Shown: piece after piece, positions 36,687 through 46,341 of the stretch | Numbering within the stretch: the first letter of the stretch is position 1 | Layout: each line of letters begins with the position of its first letter | Source: Gemmatimonadota bacterium | GTDB lineage: Bacteria; Gemmatimonadota; Gemmatimonadetes; Gemmatimonadales; GWC2-71-9 | Direction: 5' to 3' | Assembly (NCBI GenBank): GCA_022566515.1 | Contig: JADFIT010000004.1 | Location: 1 to 60,720 of the forward strand | Length of the DNA: 60,720 bases | Made by a program: the position numbers and the translations under genes | Notes under the pieces: generated by a model | Seen by the model: only the letters and a program-made list of their open reading frames with translations | What the model was told of the DNA's origin: nothing | The model's database searches: none

Positions 36687-37724
36687 ATGGCACTTTTCGG
36701 GCTTGGACGAAGGCGATCGACGGTAGGGCTAGACATTGGCAGCGGGCTCATCAAGGTCGTGGTCATAGACCACAGCAGCGGTGAGCCTGAGCTGACCCGT
36801 GTTGCGACGACGCCTGTTTTGGCCGATGCCATCGTAGAGGGAGAGGTGATGGACCATGCGGTGGTGGCCGAAGCGATCAGGGGTTTGTTTACCGGCATCA
36901 AGCAAAAGCGTGTGGTGGTTGCCGTGGGCGGTCGAGACGTGATCGTCAAGAAGATTCAAGTCGACCGCATGAAGGAAGGCGATGCTGCGGAGGTGGTGCG
37001 GTGGGAAGCGCAACAGCACGTTCCCTTCGACATTGAGGGTGTGGAGCTGGACTTCCAGGTGCTCGATCCCGACGGCGACGGGCTGCAGATGGATGTACTG
37101 CTAGTAGCGGCAAAGCGCGAGCTGGTGGAGACCAAGGTTACGCTGCTGGCGGATGCCGGCTTGCAGCCGGAAAAGGTGGATGTGGACGCGTTCGCTCTGC
37201 ACAATGCGTTTGAACTGAGCTATCCGGAGGCGATGGAGGGCGTTGCCGCGCTGGTCAACATCGGCCACGAAGTCAGCAACATAAACATCCTTCAGGATGG
37301 CATACCTCTGCTGAGCAGAGATCTGAGCATAGGGACTCGAAAGTTCAGGGAGGATTTGCAGCGTGATTTGGGAATGTCGTCGGAGGATGCGGAAGCGATC
37401 CTGAGTGCTGGAGAGCCTCGCCCCGAACTGGCCCAGTACGTTACCACCCGCGGCGACGAGATTGCCGTGGGGGTGGAGCGAGCGGCCGCGTTTCTTCAGG
37501 CGGCCTCTCGGGAAGCGTCGGGGATTCAGCAGATGTACATCTCGGGCGGCGGCGCGCGAATTCACGGAATGGCCGATGCGTTGAACAGCCGTTTGGGAAT
37601 ACCTGTCGAGGTGGCCAACCCGTTGCAGCGGCTGCGGGTGAGGGAAGGCGTGTTCGATACAATGGAAGTGGATCGGGTTGCTCCTCTGCTGATGCAGAGC
37701 ATCGGCCTGGCCCTCCGGACGTGA
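36687..37724 (+). CDS. pilM: Type IV pilus assembly protein PilM
   Basis: VGLDIGS, WEAQQHVPF, LLVAAK, NIGH, ISGGGA, IGLALR. Confidence 0.95.
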   Translation: MALFGLGRRRSTVGLDIGSGLIKVVVIDHSSGEPELTRVATTPVLADAIVEGEVMDHAVVAEAIRGLFTGIKQKRVVVAVGGRDVIVKKIQVDRMKEGDAAEVVRWEAQQHVPFDIEGVELDFQVLDPDGDGLQMDVLLVAAKRELVETKVTLLADAGLQPEKVDVDAFALHNAFELSYPEAMEGVAALVNIGHEVSNINILQDGIPLLSRDLSIGTRKFREDLQRDLGMSSEDAEAILSAGEPRPELAQYVTTRGDEIAVGVERAAAFLQAASREASGIQQMYISGGGARIHGMADALNSRLGIPVEVANPLQRLRVREGVFDTMEVDRVAPLLMQSIGLALRT

Positions 37725-37743
37725 GTCGGGAGATACGGCGGTT

Positions 37744-38430
37744 ATGAAGATCGAGATCAATCTCCTTCCCGGGGCAAGGAAGAAGACCGGTGGAGCAGGG
37801 CTGTCGCTGCCCGATTTTGGCGATCTCGTAGCGCGGGTTAAAGATCCGCTGCTTATCGGTGCCCTCGCTGCGTGGGTTGTTGGCCTCTCCGCGATGGGGT
37901 GGATGTGGTACACGCAAACGAGCGCGCTCAGTGCCATGGAGCCGCAACTTCTGGAGGCACAAAATGCGGCGCGCCGGTTCGGGCAGATCATAGCCGAAAA
38001 GGAGCGGCAGACGGTCTTGCGGGACTCTCTCGTTATCGAACTGGATGCCATCCGAGAAATCGATGGCGACAGGTTCGTGTGGCCGCACATTATGGAGGAA
38101 GTAACCAAGGCGCTTCCGGAATTCACCTGGATTGTGGCCCTGGATGGCATCACGGTTCAGGACCAGGTGCTCGAAGATGGAACGATCATTCCGGCGCCCG
38201 TACAGTTCACCATCGACGGTCGCACATCCAACATTCAGTCGTATACGCGGTTCATGACGCGGTTGCAGGATTCGCCGTGGTTTCGGAATGTCGGCAGCAG
38301 CGGCACCAATACGGTTGTCGAGAACGGGCGGACCGTGAGGGCGTTTCAGATCACGGCAACCTTTCAGGTGGCGGACTCGGCGTTCATACGCACGTTGTCG
38401 GTCGCCGAGATGTTTATCGAGGGGGGCTGA
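37744..38430 (+). CDS. pilN: Type IV pilus assembly protein PilN
   Basis: IEINLLP, single TM, coiled coil, LP..TW, LQDSPWF. Confidence 0.92.
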   Translation: MKIEINLLPGARKKTGGAGLSLPDFGDLVARVKDPLLIGALAAWVVGLSAMGWMWYTQTSALSAMEPQLLEAQNAARRFGQIIAEKERQTVLRDSLVIELDAIREIDGDRFVWPHIMEEVTKALPEFTWIVALDGITVQDQVLEDGTIIPAPVQFTIDGRTSNIQSYTRFMTRLQDSPWFRNVGSSGTNTVVENGRTVRAFQITATFQVADSAFIRTLSVAEMFIEGG

Positions 38431-38431
38431 G

Positions 38432-39049
38432 ATGGCGTTGCCACAAAAGGAGAGGATCCAGCTCCTGGGGCTCTTGATCGCGGTGGGGGTGGGTATGCCG
38501 ATCGCGGCTTGGGTCTATTGGCGCACTCCAAAAGCAGAGGAAGTACGGCAGATCCAGTTCCAGATCGACTCGCTGCAGGCCAGGATCGATACGGCGCGGG
38601 CGGACCTGGAGCGGGGCACGGTCGCGTCGCTCAGAGCAACGGTTGCGCAGTACGGGGAGGCTCTCAGCGTGATGCGCGAACTCGTTCCGGCCCAACACGA
38701 GGTGGTGGGTCTCATCGACAGCGTGGCGAGCCGGGCTCAGCTCCGTGGTGTGGCGCTCCTCAGTATCAACTCGTTGCCCAATGAAACCGAGCCTCCGTTT
38801 CAGGTGATTCGCAATCAGGTCACCGTGTTGGGTCCCTATGACGAGATCGGCGAGTTCTTATCCGACATAGCTTCCCTTCGGCGAGTGATGGTACCCTACA
38901 GCGTGTCGCTGCAGGTAGCTACTGCCAACGACCTTCGGGGCCTGTTGGTCGAGGAGGGGCGCACCTACCTGCGGTCCACATTCAATATCAGAACTTTTGT
39001 GAAGGCTTCCGCCGACACACTCGGAGACGGTAGCGGTGGGACGACCTAA
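38432..39049 (+). CDS. pilO: Type IV pilus assembly protein PilO
   Basis: TM plus coiled coil, LVP..EV..L, GPYDEIGEFL..IASL.R; operon position. Confidence 0.9.
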   Translation: MALPQKERIQLLGLLIAVGVGMPIAAWVYWRTPKAEEVRQIQFQIDSLQARIDTARADLERGTVASLRATVAQYGEALSVMRELVPAQHEVVGLIDSVASRAQLRGVALLSINSLPNETEPPFQVIRNQVTVLGPYDEIGEFLSDIASLRRVMVPYSVSLQVATANDLRGLLVEEGRTYLRSTFNIRTFVKASADTLGDGSGGTT

Positions 39050-39512
39050 TATGTTTGGTTTGCCTGGCTTGATTGCCCTTGTCGTCGCGTGCGGCGGTGG
39101 AGATATAGAGCCCCCGCCGGGTGCAGGCGAGATTCCCGGGTCCTTAGCCGAGGATACGACACAGGCTGTCGAAGCCCCGCGGATCGAGCTCTCCCGTGAA
39201 GTGTTTGCCTATCGTGGAGGCAGTCGCGATCCGTTTCGCTCTCTTGTGGAGAGCGGGTTCGAGCTCCGCCCGTTTATCGAGGACCTCCGTTTGACCTCGG
39301 TCATTTACGACGAACGGTATCCCGAAAGAAGTGTGGCCGTTCTCCAGGACATGAGCCAGGCAATACGGTACAACGTCCGCGTGGACGATGAATTCGGCCG
39401 GCTTCGGGTGGCCGCAATACGCAAATACGAAGTGGTGCTCACAATTGAAGAGTTTGGCGTACCGCGTCAGGTAGTGATATCGCTCCGGCGTCGCCAGGAG
39501 GGTAATCCATGA
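39036..39512 (+). CDS. pilP: PilP-like lipoprotein
   Basis: Lipobox VVAC, RDPF motif; lies between pilO and pilQ. Confidence 0.75.
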   Translation: MGRPNMFGLPGLIALVVACGGGDIEPPPGAGEIPGSLAEDTTQAVEAPRIELSREVFAYRGGSRDPFRSLVESGFELRPFIEDLRLTSVIYDERYPERSVAVLQDMSQAIRYNVRVDDEFGRLRVAAIRKYEVVLTIEEFGVPRQVVISLRRRQEGNP

Positions 39513-41320
39513 AGCACTCTTGGGTATTAGCTGCAGTTGGACTGGGTATGGCGACACCGCTGCCCGTAGCCAACGGTCCTGGTGATGTGACCGCGATCAG
39601 TGTCTTGCCGAGTTTGGGAAGCGTGGTTGTAGTGGTGGACGTGCAGGGAGCAGTCAACGTGAAAGATTTCACGCTCAGCAATCCCGCGCGGCTGGTGGTG
39701 GACGTCGAGGGGGCGAGACTCAAAATACCGGGCGTGTTGTACGACGGCGCGATTCGGGGCGGGATAGTGCACATCCGTTATGCGCAGTTCCGGCCGGACG
39801 TGGTGCGCATAGTCCTCGAGTTGGAATCCCTGAGGGATTATCAGCTCGAGTACGTGGACGACACGATCCGCATCTCCTTCAACACCGATCACCAGTTTTC
39901 CGCATGGTCGTCTGGAACGTTGCCACGGACGCCGGTTGAGACCGCCAGTGTGTTGCCGGTGAGCGATGGCTTCGCTGAAACACGTGCGGTGTTGCAGCAA
40001 TCCGTCCAAGATCGAATCACGGTAACGTGGGACTCGGCCAGTATCGCGGACGTCATGGCTGCGTTCGCCGAGTTCAGCGGGCGTTCGATTCTCCTGGGCC
40101 GTAACGTGAACGCGGTGATTTGGGCGGAGATCAAGGATCAGCCGTGGGATGTAGCCCTCAGGGAGATTCTCGACATCAACGGTCTCCAGGCTCAAGAGGA
40201 CGAGCAAACGGGCATGATCCGGATTGTAAACCCCATCGAGGTTGCGGCACGGGATTCGCTCCAGCCAAGGCAAACCGTGATCATGTCGCTGAACTTCAAG
40301 CGGGCGTCGGGCATCGCTGATGTCCTTAGGCAGACAATTGGAGGGCGCGGAACGGTCGTCGCTGACTCGTTGACGAACCAGATTATCATAACGGACATCC
40401 AGAGCCGGCTCGAAGAAGACACGATACTGGTTAGGCAGCTGGATATTCCAACGCCGCAAGTTGTTATTCATGCCAAGCTGATCTTTGTCGACCGAACGGA
40501 CATTGAACAGTTAGGGGTACGCTATGACCTCGGGAACGACCAACAGTTCTTCAACAGGTTGGTGCAGCGGCCGGATCCCAGCACGCTGGTTGGCGTAGAC
40601 ACCGACGGCGACGGCATAAACGATGCTCTCATTGCCGAAGAGACATTCCCCAAAAATATCAACATCATCGACCTCGGCGGTAATTCGCTCGCGGCCATAG
40701 GAAATGCAGGCGCCCAGCTCCCGAGTTCTGCACTCGAATTAATTTTTTCGACTGCGATTGGGAATTTCAATCTCACCGCGTTCGTTGAAGCGTTGCAAGA
40801 AGTGCAGTTGGCCGACTTGCAGGCGGAGCCTCTCATCACGACGGCGGATAACACCCAAGCGGAGATTCTCGTTGGCGAGCGCACGCCGATCCGCGTAATC
40901 GACGCTGGTACTCAGGGTGCAGTAGGTGGGCCGGTCGCGCCGGTGGCAACCATCCGTTTCGAGGAGACCGGGATTCGACTCCGTGTCACACCGCACGTCA
41001 CCAATGCCGGGCAGGTGTTGATGCGGATCCACGTTGAAAACTCCTCGATTCGCGAAGCGCCGTCTGACATCGGCTTCACCCTGCAAACACAAGAGACCGA
41101 CAACGAAATTCTGGTCAACGACGGCGAAACCATGGTCATTGCCGGACTTACTGTGACTCAAGTCACGGTGGCCAAGAGCGGAATCCCTTTTCTTGTAGAC
41201 CTACCGATACTGGGACGGATCTTCGGGTTCACCTCGCGACGTGAGCAACGGCGCGATCTGCTGATTCTGGTGACGCCCACTATCGTGTATAACCAGGCTA
41301 CCGAACTAATTGGCCGGTAG
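39509..41320 (+). CDS. pilQ: Type IV pilus secretin PilQ with AMIN domain
   Basis: NPARLVVD..VRIVLEL (AMIN), DQPWDVAL, LDIPTPQVVI, GIPFLVDLPILGRIF, LLILVTP. Confidence 0.94.
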   Translation: MKHSWVLAAVGLGMATPLPVANGPGDVTAISVLPSLGSVVVVVDVQGAVNVKDFTLSNPARLVVDVEGARLKIPGVLYDGAIRGGIVHIRYAQFRPDVVRIVLELESLRDYQLEYVDDTIRISFNTDHQFSAWSSGTLPRTPVETASVLPVSDGFAETRAVLQQSVQDRITVTWDSASIADVMAAFAEFSGRSILLGRNVNAVIWAEIKDQPWDVALREILDINGLQAQEDEQTGMIRIVNPIEVAARDSLQPRQTVIMSLNFKRASGIADVLRQTIGGRGTVVADSLTNQIIITDIQSRLEEDTILVRQLDIPTPQVVIHAKLIFVDRTDIEQLGVRYDLGNDQQFFNRLVQRPDPSTLVGVDTDGDGINDALIAEETFPKNINIIDLGGNSLAAIGNAGAQLPSSALELIFSTAIGNFNLTAFVEALQEVQLADLQAEPLITTADNTQAEILVGERTPIRVIDAGTQGAVGGPVAPVATIRFEETGIRLRVTPHVTNAGQVLMRIHVENSSIREAPSDIGFTLQTQETDNEILVNDGETMVIAGLTVTQVTVAKSGIPFLVDLPILGRIFGFTSRREQRRDLLILVTPTIVYNQATELIGR

Positions 41321-41362
41321 CTGGCAAAAACACGACAGCACTGGACTTTTTGGGGAACCGCT

Positions 41363-42613
41363 ATGCAGCAACGCTACATAACGCGAGTACTACTCGCTTG
41401 CCTTTTTACGGTCGTCTGGTGGGGCTGTAACGAAAACACCGGTGTGGCAACCGTAGACCCGAACCCGCCCACGGTTAGCATCTCGCTGGCGGATACCCTC
41501 GTCAACGTCAACCGGGGCCTCCAATTCACCGTCAGTGCAAGCGACAACATCTCGCTTTTGACCGTTGGATGGAGCGTGACGGGCGCCGCAACTTTCGACA
41601 CCGTCGTCACCTTTACCGAAACCACAACGAGTTTTTCCAGCGACGTTACGATTACCCAGTTCACCAGTGGTTCCTTTGAGATTACTGCCACCGCCACGGA
41701 TGCATCGGGCAACGAGGCCACGCCCGACACCGCAACCGCGAGAGTCTTCGATCTTCAATTAGCCACGTTCGTCTTGCCCGATCCAGCCGGAGCGATCCAA
41801 GCGGTGCGTGTGGGCGACAGCGTGCGCGTGCAACTGCAGGCAACCAACTCTGACGGCCTGGGCAAGATCACGTTCGATGGCGTCGCGTTCCGCGGTAGCG
41901 CGGTGCTCGGTACCGCCACGGTGGTCCAGCGATTTGAAACAAAAGTTGTGGACGACCTCGTTGGCGTGACGGACACTTTGATCATCCGCGACCTGCTTGC
42001 GACACCGGGAAACGACATCGCTGAGCTTGTGACCCTGCGGGCGATGGTGGAGGACGCGCGAGGGAACGTCGACACGGCGTTCGTCCAGATCCAGCTGACC
42101 GTTGGCCCGGCCCTGACCGTGACGAGTCCGGCAGACAGCGCACAGGTCGCCCCGGGGTTCAACTTGGGCGTCGAAATCCTCGCCGAAGGCGGCTTGCTGG
42201 CCGAGGTCGGCTTCTTCACGAGTGGAGCCTTGACGGCGGGCGACACGAGCTTCTTCGCCATCGGATCGCAACCCGACACGACCTCCGAGAGCTTTACCCT
42301 ATCGATACCCGCCGGGACCTCCCCGGGGTTCTTGACGTTGTTCCCCGTGGGTCGTGACTCTGCTGGAAACCCGGGGACGGGGTTGCCGATCACGATTGAG
42401 ATTGTGGCCGTGGGCGGTGGGGGCACCGATCCGGATCCCCCGCTGATTCTCGACAGCCTCGAGCTTCGCGTCGAGGTGGACGACGACATCCTGGTCAAGG
42501 GTACGGACCTCGGCGGCATCACCCGTCTCGGATACATCGTCACCAACCTGTCCGGCACGGTGGTGAGTGGTGACTCGACGACTTCGTTGGAACCAACACC
42601 AACGAGCAGGTGA
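41363..42613 (+). CDS. Lipoprotein with tandem Ig-like domains; probable 5' part of a frameshifted gene
   Basis: Signal peptide ending WWGC; Thr/Val-rich beta repeats ending TATDASGN, VEDARGN, GRDSAGN. Confidence 0.75.
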   Translation: MQQRYITRVLLACLFTVVWWGCNENTGVATVDPNPPTVSISLADTLVNVNRGLQFTVSASDNISLLTVGWSVTGAATFDTVVTFTETTTSFSSDVTITQFTSGSFEITATATDASGNEATPDTATARVFDLQLATFVLPDPAGAIQAVRVGDSVRVQLQATNSDGLGKITFDGVAFRGSAVLGTATVVQRFETKVVDDLVGVTDTLIIRDLLATPGNDIAELVTLRAMVEDARGNVDTAFVQIQLTVGPALTVTSPADSAQVAPGFNLGVEILAEGGLLAEVGFFTSGALTAGDTSFFAIGSQPDTTSESFTLSIPAGTSPGFLTLFPVGRDSAGNPGTGLPITIEIVAVGGGGTDPDPPLILDSLELRVEVDDDILVKGTDLGGITRLGYIVTNLSGTVVSGDSTTSLEPTPTSR

Positions 42614-44223
42614 CGTTCGCCATGCGGCTCGATACCGTCGTGTCGACGTTCCCGACGCAGCTCATCGTCACTACGTTCGGGTTAGACGGAGCGAGCAATC
42701 GAGGCGCCAATTCGTTCGACGGCACCACGGCGATAGCGGCGCCGGGTCAGGCAGACACCATCACCGTGGTGGCCGGCATTACGAAGGAGCTGCCCACCGG
42801 CGGGTTGGTGGCCGACGGCATCGTGAACCGCAACCTGGGTGTGGCGGGGGAGGTCTACCTCACGAACTGGGAGCAGGATCAACTCGAAGTCTTCGACATC
42901 GCCACGCGGTCCTTCGGGACTCCGATTCCCATCGGTTCGAGGCCCTGGGGTATTGCCCTCTGGCCGGTGGATACCCTCGGAGCCAACGCCAACATCGTAA
43001 TGGTCGCCAACTCGGGCGGTACAAACATCTCCATCGTGGACATGGTTGGCCGGATCGAGACCCGCCGGCACGCGCTGCCCAACTTTATCATCGAGACCGT
43101 GGAGACCGAGATCGATCCCGACGACGGTCGCATCGTGCCGAAGGTCGTGCAGTACGATTTGTCGGATCGTCCGCAATACATCGGCGCAACGTGCCGGCCC
43201 ACGACCGGCTCCACCATCTGCGCGGCGGACAGCATCTACGCGGTGTACTCCACCACGCCGACGCCCGGCCAGACGCCCCCGTTCCAGGACCTTGGAACGC
43301 TGCGGTGGGAGAATCTGACGGCCGGAACGCCGCAGTCACACTTCTTCTGGGAGCACGCGGTGGCTCCGGCTTCGGCCGACGCCGACACCTTGCGGGTGGT
43401 CGCCGAGCGGGCAGGCGTGTTCGAGACGCTGCTGTTCGCGGAGCAGCGCCGCACCGTCGACCTGCAATCGCTGGGCTTCCGGGACACGACGTTCGTGCGG
43501 AATTCCGGCAACTTCACACACACGTTCATTGGTGAAGGCGGCGGCAGTGGGGACTTTTTTGCCCGGGTCATGTCTTACGACGGCAACGTTCCCATCAGGG
43601 AGGTCTTTACCACGTTGATCCAGATCGACACGACCGTGGTGTTCGACTCCATTGCATTTCCCGTGGTGGATACGATCATAACGATCGATACTGTGGCGAC
43701 CGTCTTCGGGCCTACCATTATCGACGATGGCATCTCGCCAGGATTCCAGGTTCGAGACTTCATCGCCAACACGGCGGTTTCGATACGGTCCATCGGGACC
43801 AACTTCAACGGACAGACGAATCTCGTCCGCGCGGACTCCATCTACGTGCTCAACAGCTCGTTGCGCCTGACCGGAATAGTGCAAACACCGAGTGGCTCGA
43901 ATTTCGGGATGGATCTGAACTTCGACCACAACTTCAGCGCGGACGCTCGAGGCACGGCCGTCCCGGGTGACTCGGACAATCGACTCGTGTTTGTCGCGAC
44001 CGACAATCAAGAAATCGTCGCCTACGACACCTGGAACTTCGGTGAGGTCGCCAGCATCCCCATTAGGGACCCGATCATCGGACCGCTGCGGGTGGCCAGG
44101 CTACCGAGCGGGGAGCAGTTCCTGGTCGGCGTCACGGCCCGCGGAGTGGTCACGATAACCTTGCCGGCCATCTCGAACTCCTTCCTCTCGCCTCCGCGCC
44201 TGTGGAACAACCGCGATCGGTGA
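42610..44223 (+). CDS. Beta-propeller (YncE-like) surface protein; probable 3' part of the same frameshifted gene
   Basis: VYLTN..LEVFD, IPIGSRPWGIAL, VMVANSGGTNISIVD. No signal peptide of its own; frame open from 42574. Confidence 0.7.
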   Translation: MTFAMRLDTVVSTFPTQLIVTTFGLDGASNRGANSFDGTTAIAAPGQADTITVVAGITKELPTGGLVADGIVNRNLGVAGEVYLTNWEQDQLEVFDIATRSFGTPIPIGSRPWGIALWPVDTLGANANIVMVANSGGTNISIVDMVGRIETRRHALPNFIIETVETEIDPDDGRIVPKVVQYDLSDRPQYIGATCRPTTGSTICAADSIYAVYSTTPTPGQTPPFQDLGTLRWENLTAGTPQSHFFWEHAVAPASADADTLRVVAERAGVFETLLFAEQRRTVDLQSLGFRDTTFVRNSGNFTHTFIGEGGGSGDFFARVMSYDGNVPIREVFTTLIQIDTTVVFDSIAFPVVDTIITIDTVATVFGPTIIDDGISPGFQVRDFIANTAVSIRSIGTNFNGQTNLVRADSIYVLNSSLRLTGIVQTPSGSNFGMDLNFDHNFSADARGTAVPGDSDNRLVFVATDNQEIVAYDTWNFGEVASIPIRDPIIGPLRVARLPSGEQFLVGVTARGVVTITLPAISNSFLSPPRLWNNRDR

Positions 44224-44244
44224 GAGCCGTAGGAAGGTGAGCGA

Positions 44245-44278
44245 ACGACGAAGCCCGGTACCGCCCGGGCTTTGTCGT
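44245..44278 (+). terminator. Hairpin, probable terminator closing the pilMNOPQ-lipoprotein unit
   Basis: ACGACGAAGCCCGG / CCGGGCTTTGTCGT, 14-bp stem; weak U tract. Confidence 0.55.
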
Positions 44279-44356
44279 GAGAGGACTATTCCTTGCATTC
44301 GTCCCACACTGGTTCTTACTTTTTAGCTCTTACTTTTGAGTTCGCACGAGGAACGA

Positions 44357-45577
44357 GTGATTCGATTTACAACGGCGGGGGAGTCTCACGGCAAGGGACT
44401 CGTGGCGATCCTCGAGGGGATCCCGGCGGGACTGCCGCTCGTGGTCGACGACGTCAACCACGACCTGCGACGTCGCATGCAGGGGTATGGACGCGGCGCC
44501 CGGATGAAGATCGAGGCCGATGCGGTGGAGTTCATCAGCGGTGTGCGCGCCGGCGAAACCCTGGGCTCACCGATCGCGTTGCACATCGCGAACAAGGACT
44601 GGGACAACTGGGTCGACGTAATGGCCTCCGAACCCGACACCGACCCGGACGCCCGCCGCCGCCGCCGACTCGTGCGGCCCCGGCCCGGGCATGCAGACCT
44701 GGTGGGCGTTCTCAAATACGACAGGGCCGACGCCCGCGACATCCTCGAGCGGGCGAGCGCTCGCGAAACCGCCGCCCGGGTGGCGTGCGGCGCGGTGTGC
44801 CGGAAGCTTCTGTCACACTTCGACGTCGAGATCGGGAGCCATGTAGTCGCGTTGGGTTCGGTGAGGGCAAACGTTCCCGACCCGCTGCCCACACCGCTCA
44901 ACGACGCGGCCGACCGGTCACCAACGCGCTGCCTCGACCAGCAGGCTACCGAGGCCATGATACGGGAAATCGATGCCGCAAAGAAGGACGGCGATACGCT
45001 CGGCGGAATAGTGGAAGTGATCGCCCGGGGCGTGGTTGTCGGCTTGGGATCGCACGTGTCGTGGGATCGGAAGCTGGATGGCCGGCTCGCCGCGGCCCTC
45101 ATGTCGATTCCAGCCGCCAAGGGTGTTGAGATCGGGCTCGGCTTCGAGGTGGCTCGACGTCGCGGATCGGAAGCCCACGACGAGATCGGATGGGATGGCC
45201 CGGCGAGCAGCGGCGGCGTGCTCCGCTCCTCCAACCGGGCCGGCGGAGTGGAGGGGGGAATCACCACCGGCCAGCCCCTGGTGATGCGAGTCGCGAAGAA
45301 GCCCATCTCGACGCTCATGCGCCCCCTCGACACGATCAATATCGAGACCGGCGAGACTGCCAAGGCCCAGTCCGAGCGGTCGGACGTGACGGCGGTGCCG
45401 GCGATCGGCGTGATAGCCGAAGCCATGGTGGCGATTGTGTTGGCGGATGCGATGCTGGAGAAATTCGGCGGCGACACACTCGACGACCTGCGCCAGGCCT
45501 ACGACGCCTACCTCAGGCGGCTGAAGAGACGCTGGGACGAGCTACGGGGTGTGGGTGGGGCCGGCGGTGCGGAGTGA
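44357..45577 (+). CDS. aroC: Chorismate synthase
   Basis: TAGESHG, RPRPGHAD, ERASARETA, GGVEGGIT, RSD. Confidence 0.97.
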   Translation: MIRFTTAGESHGKGLVAILEGIPAGLPLVVDDVNHDLRRRMQGYGRGARMKIEADAVEFISGVRAGETLGSPIALHIANKDWDNWVDVMASEPDTDPDARRRRRLVRPRPGHADLVGVLKYDRADARDILERASARETAARVACGAVCRKLLSHFDVEIGSHVVALGSVRANVPDPLPTPLNDAADRSPTRCLDQQATEAMIREIDAAKKDGDTLGGIVEVIARGVVVGLGSHVSWDRKLDGRLAAALMSIPAAKGVEIGLGFEVARRRGSEAHDEIGWDGPASSGGVLRSSNRAGGVEGGITTGQPLVMRVAKKPISTLMRPLDTINIETGETAKAQSERSDVTAVPAIGVIAEAMVAIVLADAMLEKFGGDTLDDLRQAYDAYLRRLKRRWDELRGVGGAGGAE

Positions 45578-46101
45578 AGGGCGGACACGTGATCTTGGTA
45601 GGCTTGCCGGGGGCTGGGAAGACAACGGTGGGCCGGCTCGTGGCCGAACGGCTGGGAGTGCGCTTCGCCGATGTGGACGCTCTTATAGAGGAAAGGATTG
45701 GGCTCCCGATTCCGAGGATCTTCTCGGACAGAGGGGAAGAGTCGTTTCGGGAGTATGAGCGCGACATAGTGGCAGAGCTGGTGGCGAGCGATCGTCCCCG
45801 GGTGATCGCTCCAGGCGGCGGGTGGGCAGCTCAGCCTCAGAGCCTCGATTCGGTGGCGGGCCGGGCCCTGACGGTCTATCTCGAGACTACGCCAGCCACA
45901 GCAGCCGTACGGGCCCGGAATGGTGTCCTGAGGCCACTTCTGGGGGCCGATGAGGGAGCGTATGAGGGTCGGATCACGGAACTGCACCGGACGCGGCAGC
46001 GCTACTATTCGGGGTGCGACCTCTCGGTGAGCACGGATGGCCGGACTCCAGTGGAGGTAGCCCAGGAGGTGGTCGAACTTGCGCGAAGCCACGGAGGGTG
46101 A
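45574..46101 (+). CDS. aroK: Shikimate kinase
   Basis: GLPGAGKTT, D.D, GEESFR..E, PGGG, RPLL. GTG overlaps the aroC stop. Confidence 0.93.
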   Translation: MKGGHVILVGLPGAGKTTVGRLVAERLGVRFADVDALIEERIGLPIPRIFSDRGEESFREYERDIVAELVASDRPRVIAPGGGWAAQPQSLDSVAGRALTVYLETTPATAAVRARNGVLRPLLGADEGAYEGRITELHRTRQRYYSGCDLSVSTDGRTPVEVAQEVVELARSHGG

Positions 46102-46341
46102 TAATAATGCGCCCCCGGGTGGACGGATGACGCCCTGGGTTATTGCAGATAAGATGTTGCAATTAAAAGACTTACAAGAGCGGCCTAGACGGGAGTTCGG
46201 TTCCCTCTAGGCCGTCGGGCCTTGAGAAGGCGACGACAGCCACGTAGGACGCAGCCTCCGTTGACGGCGTGTTGAGGGCGGCATGTAATCGATGGCTCGA
46301 TCCTCCTCAGGCCTCTCGGAGCTGGAGACGCGAAGGTAGGT

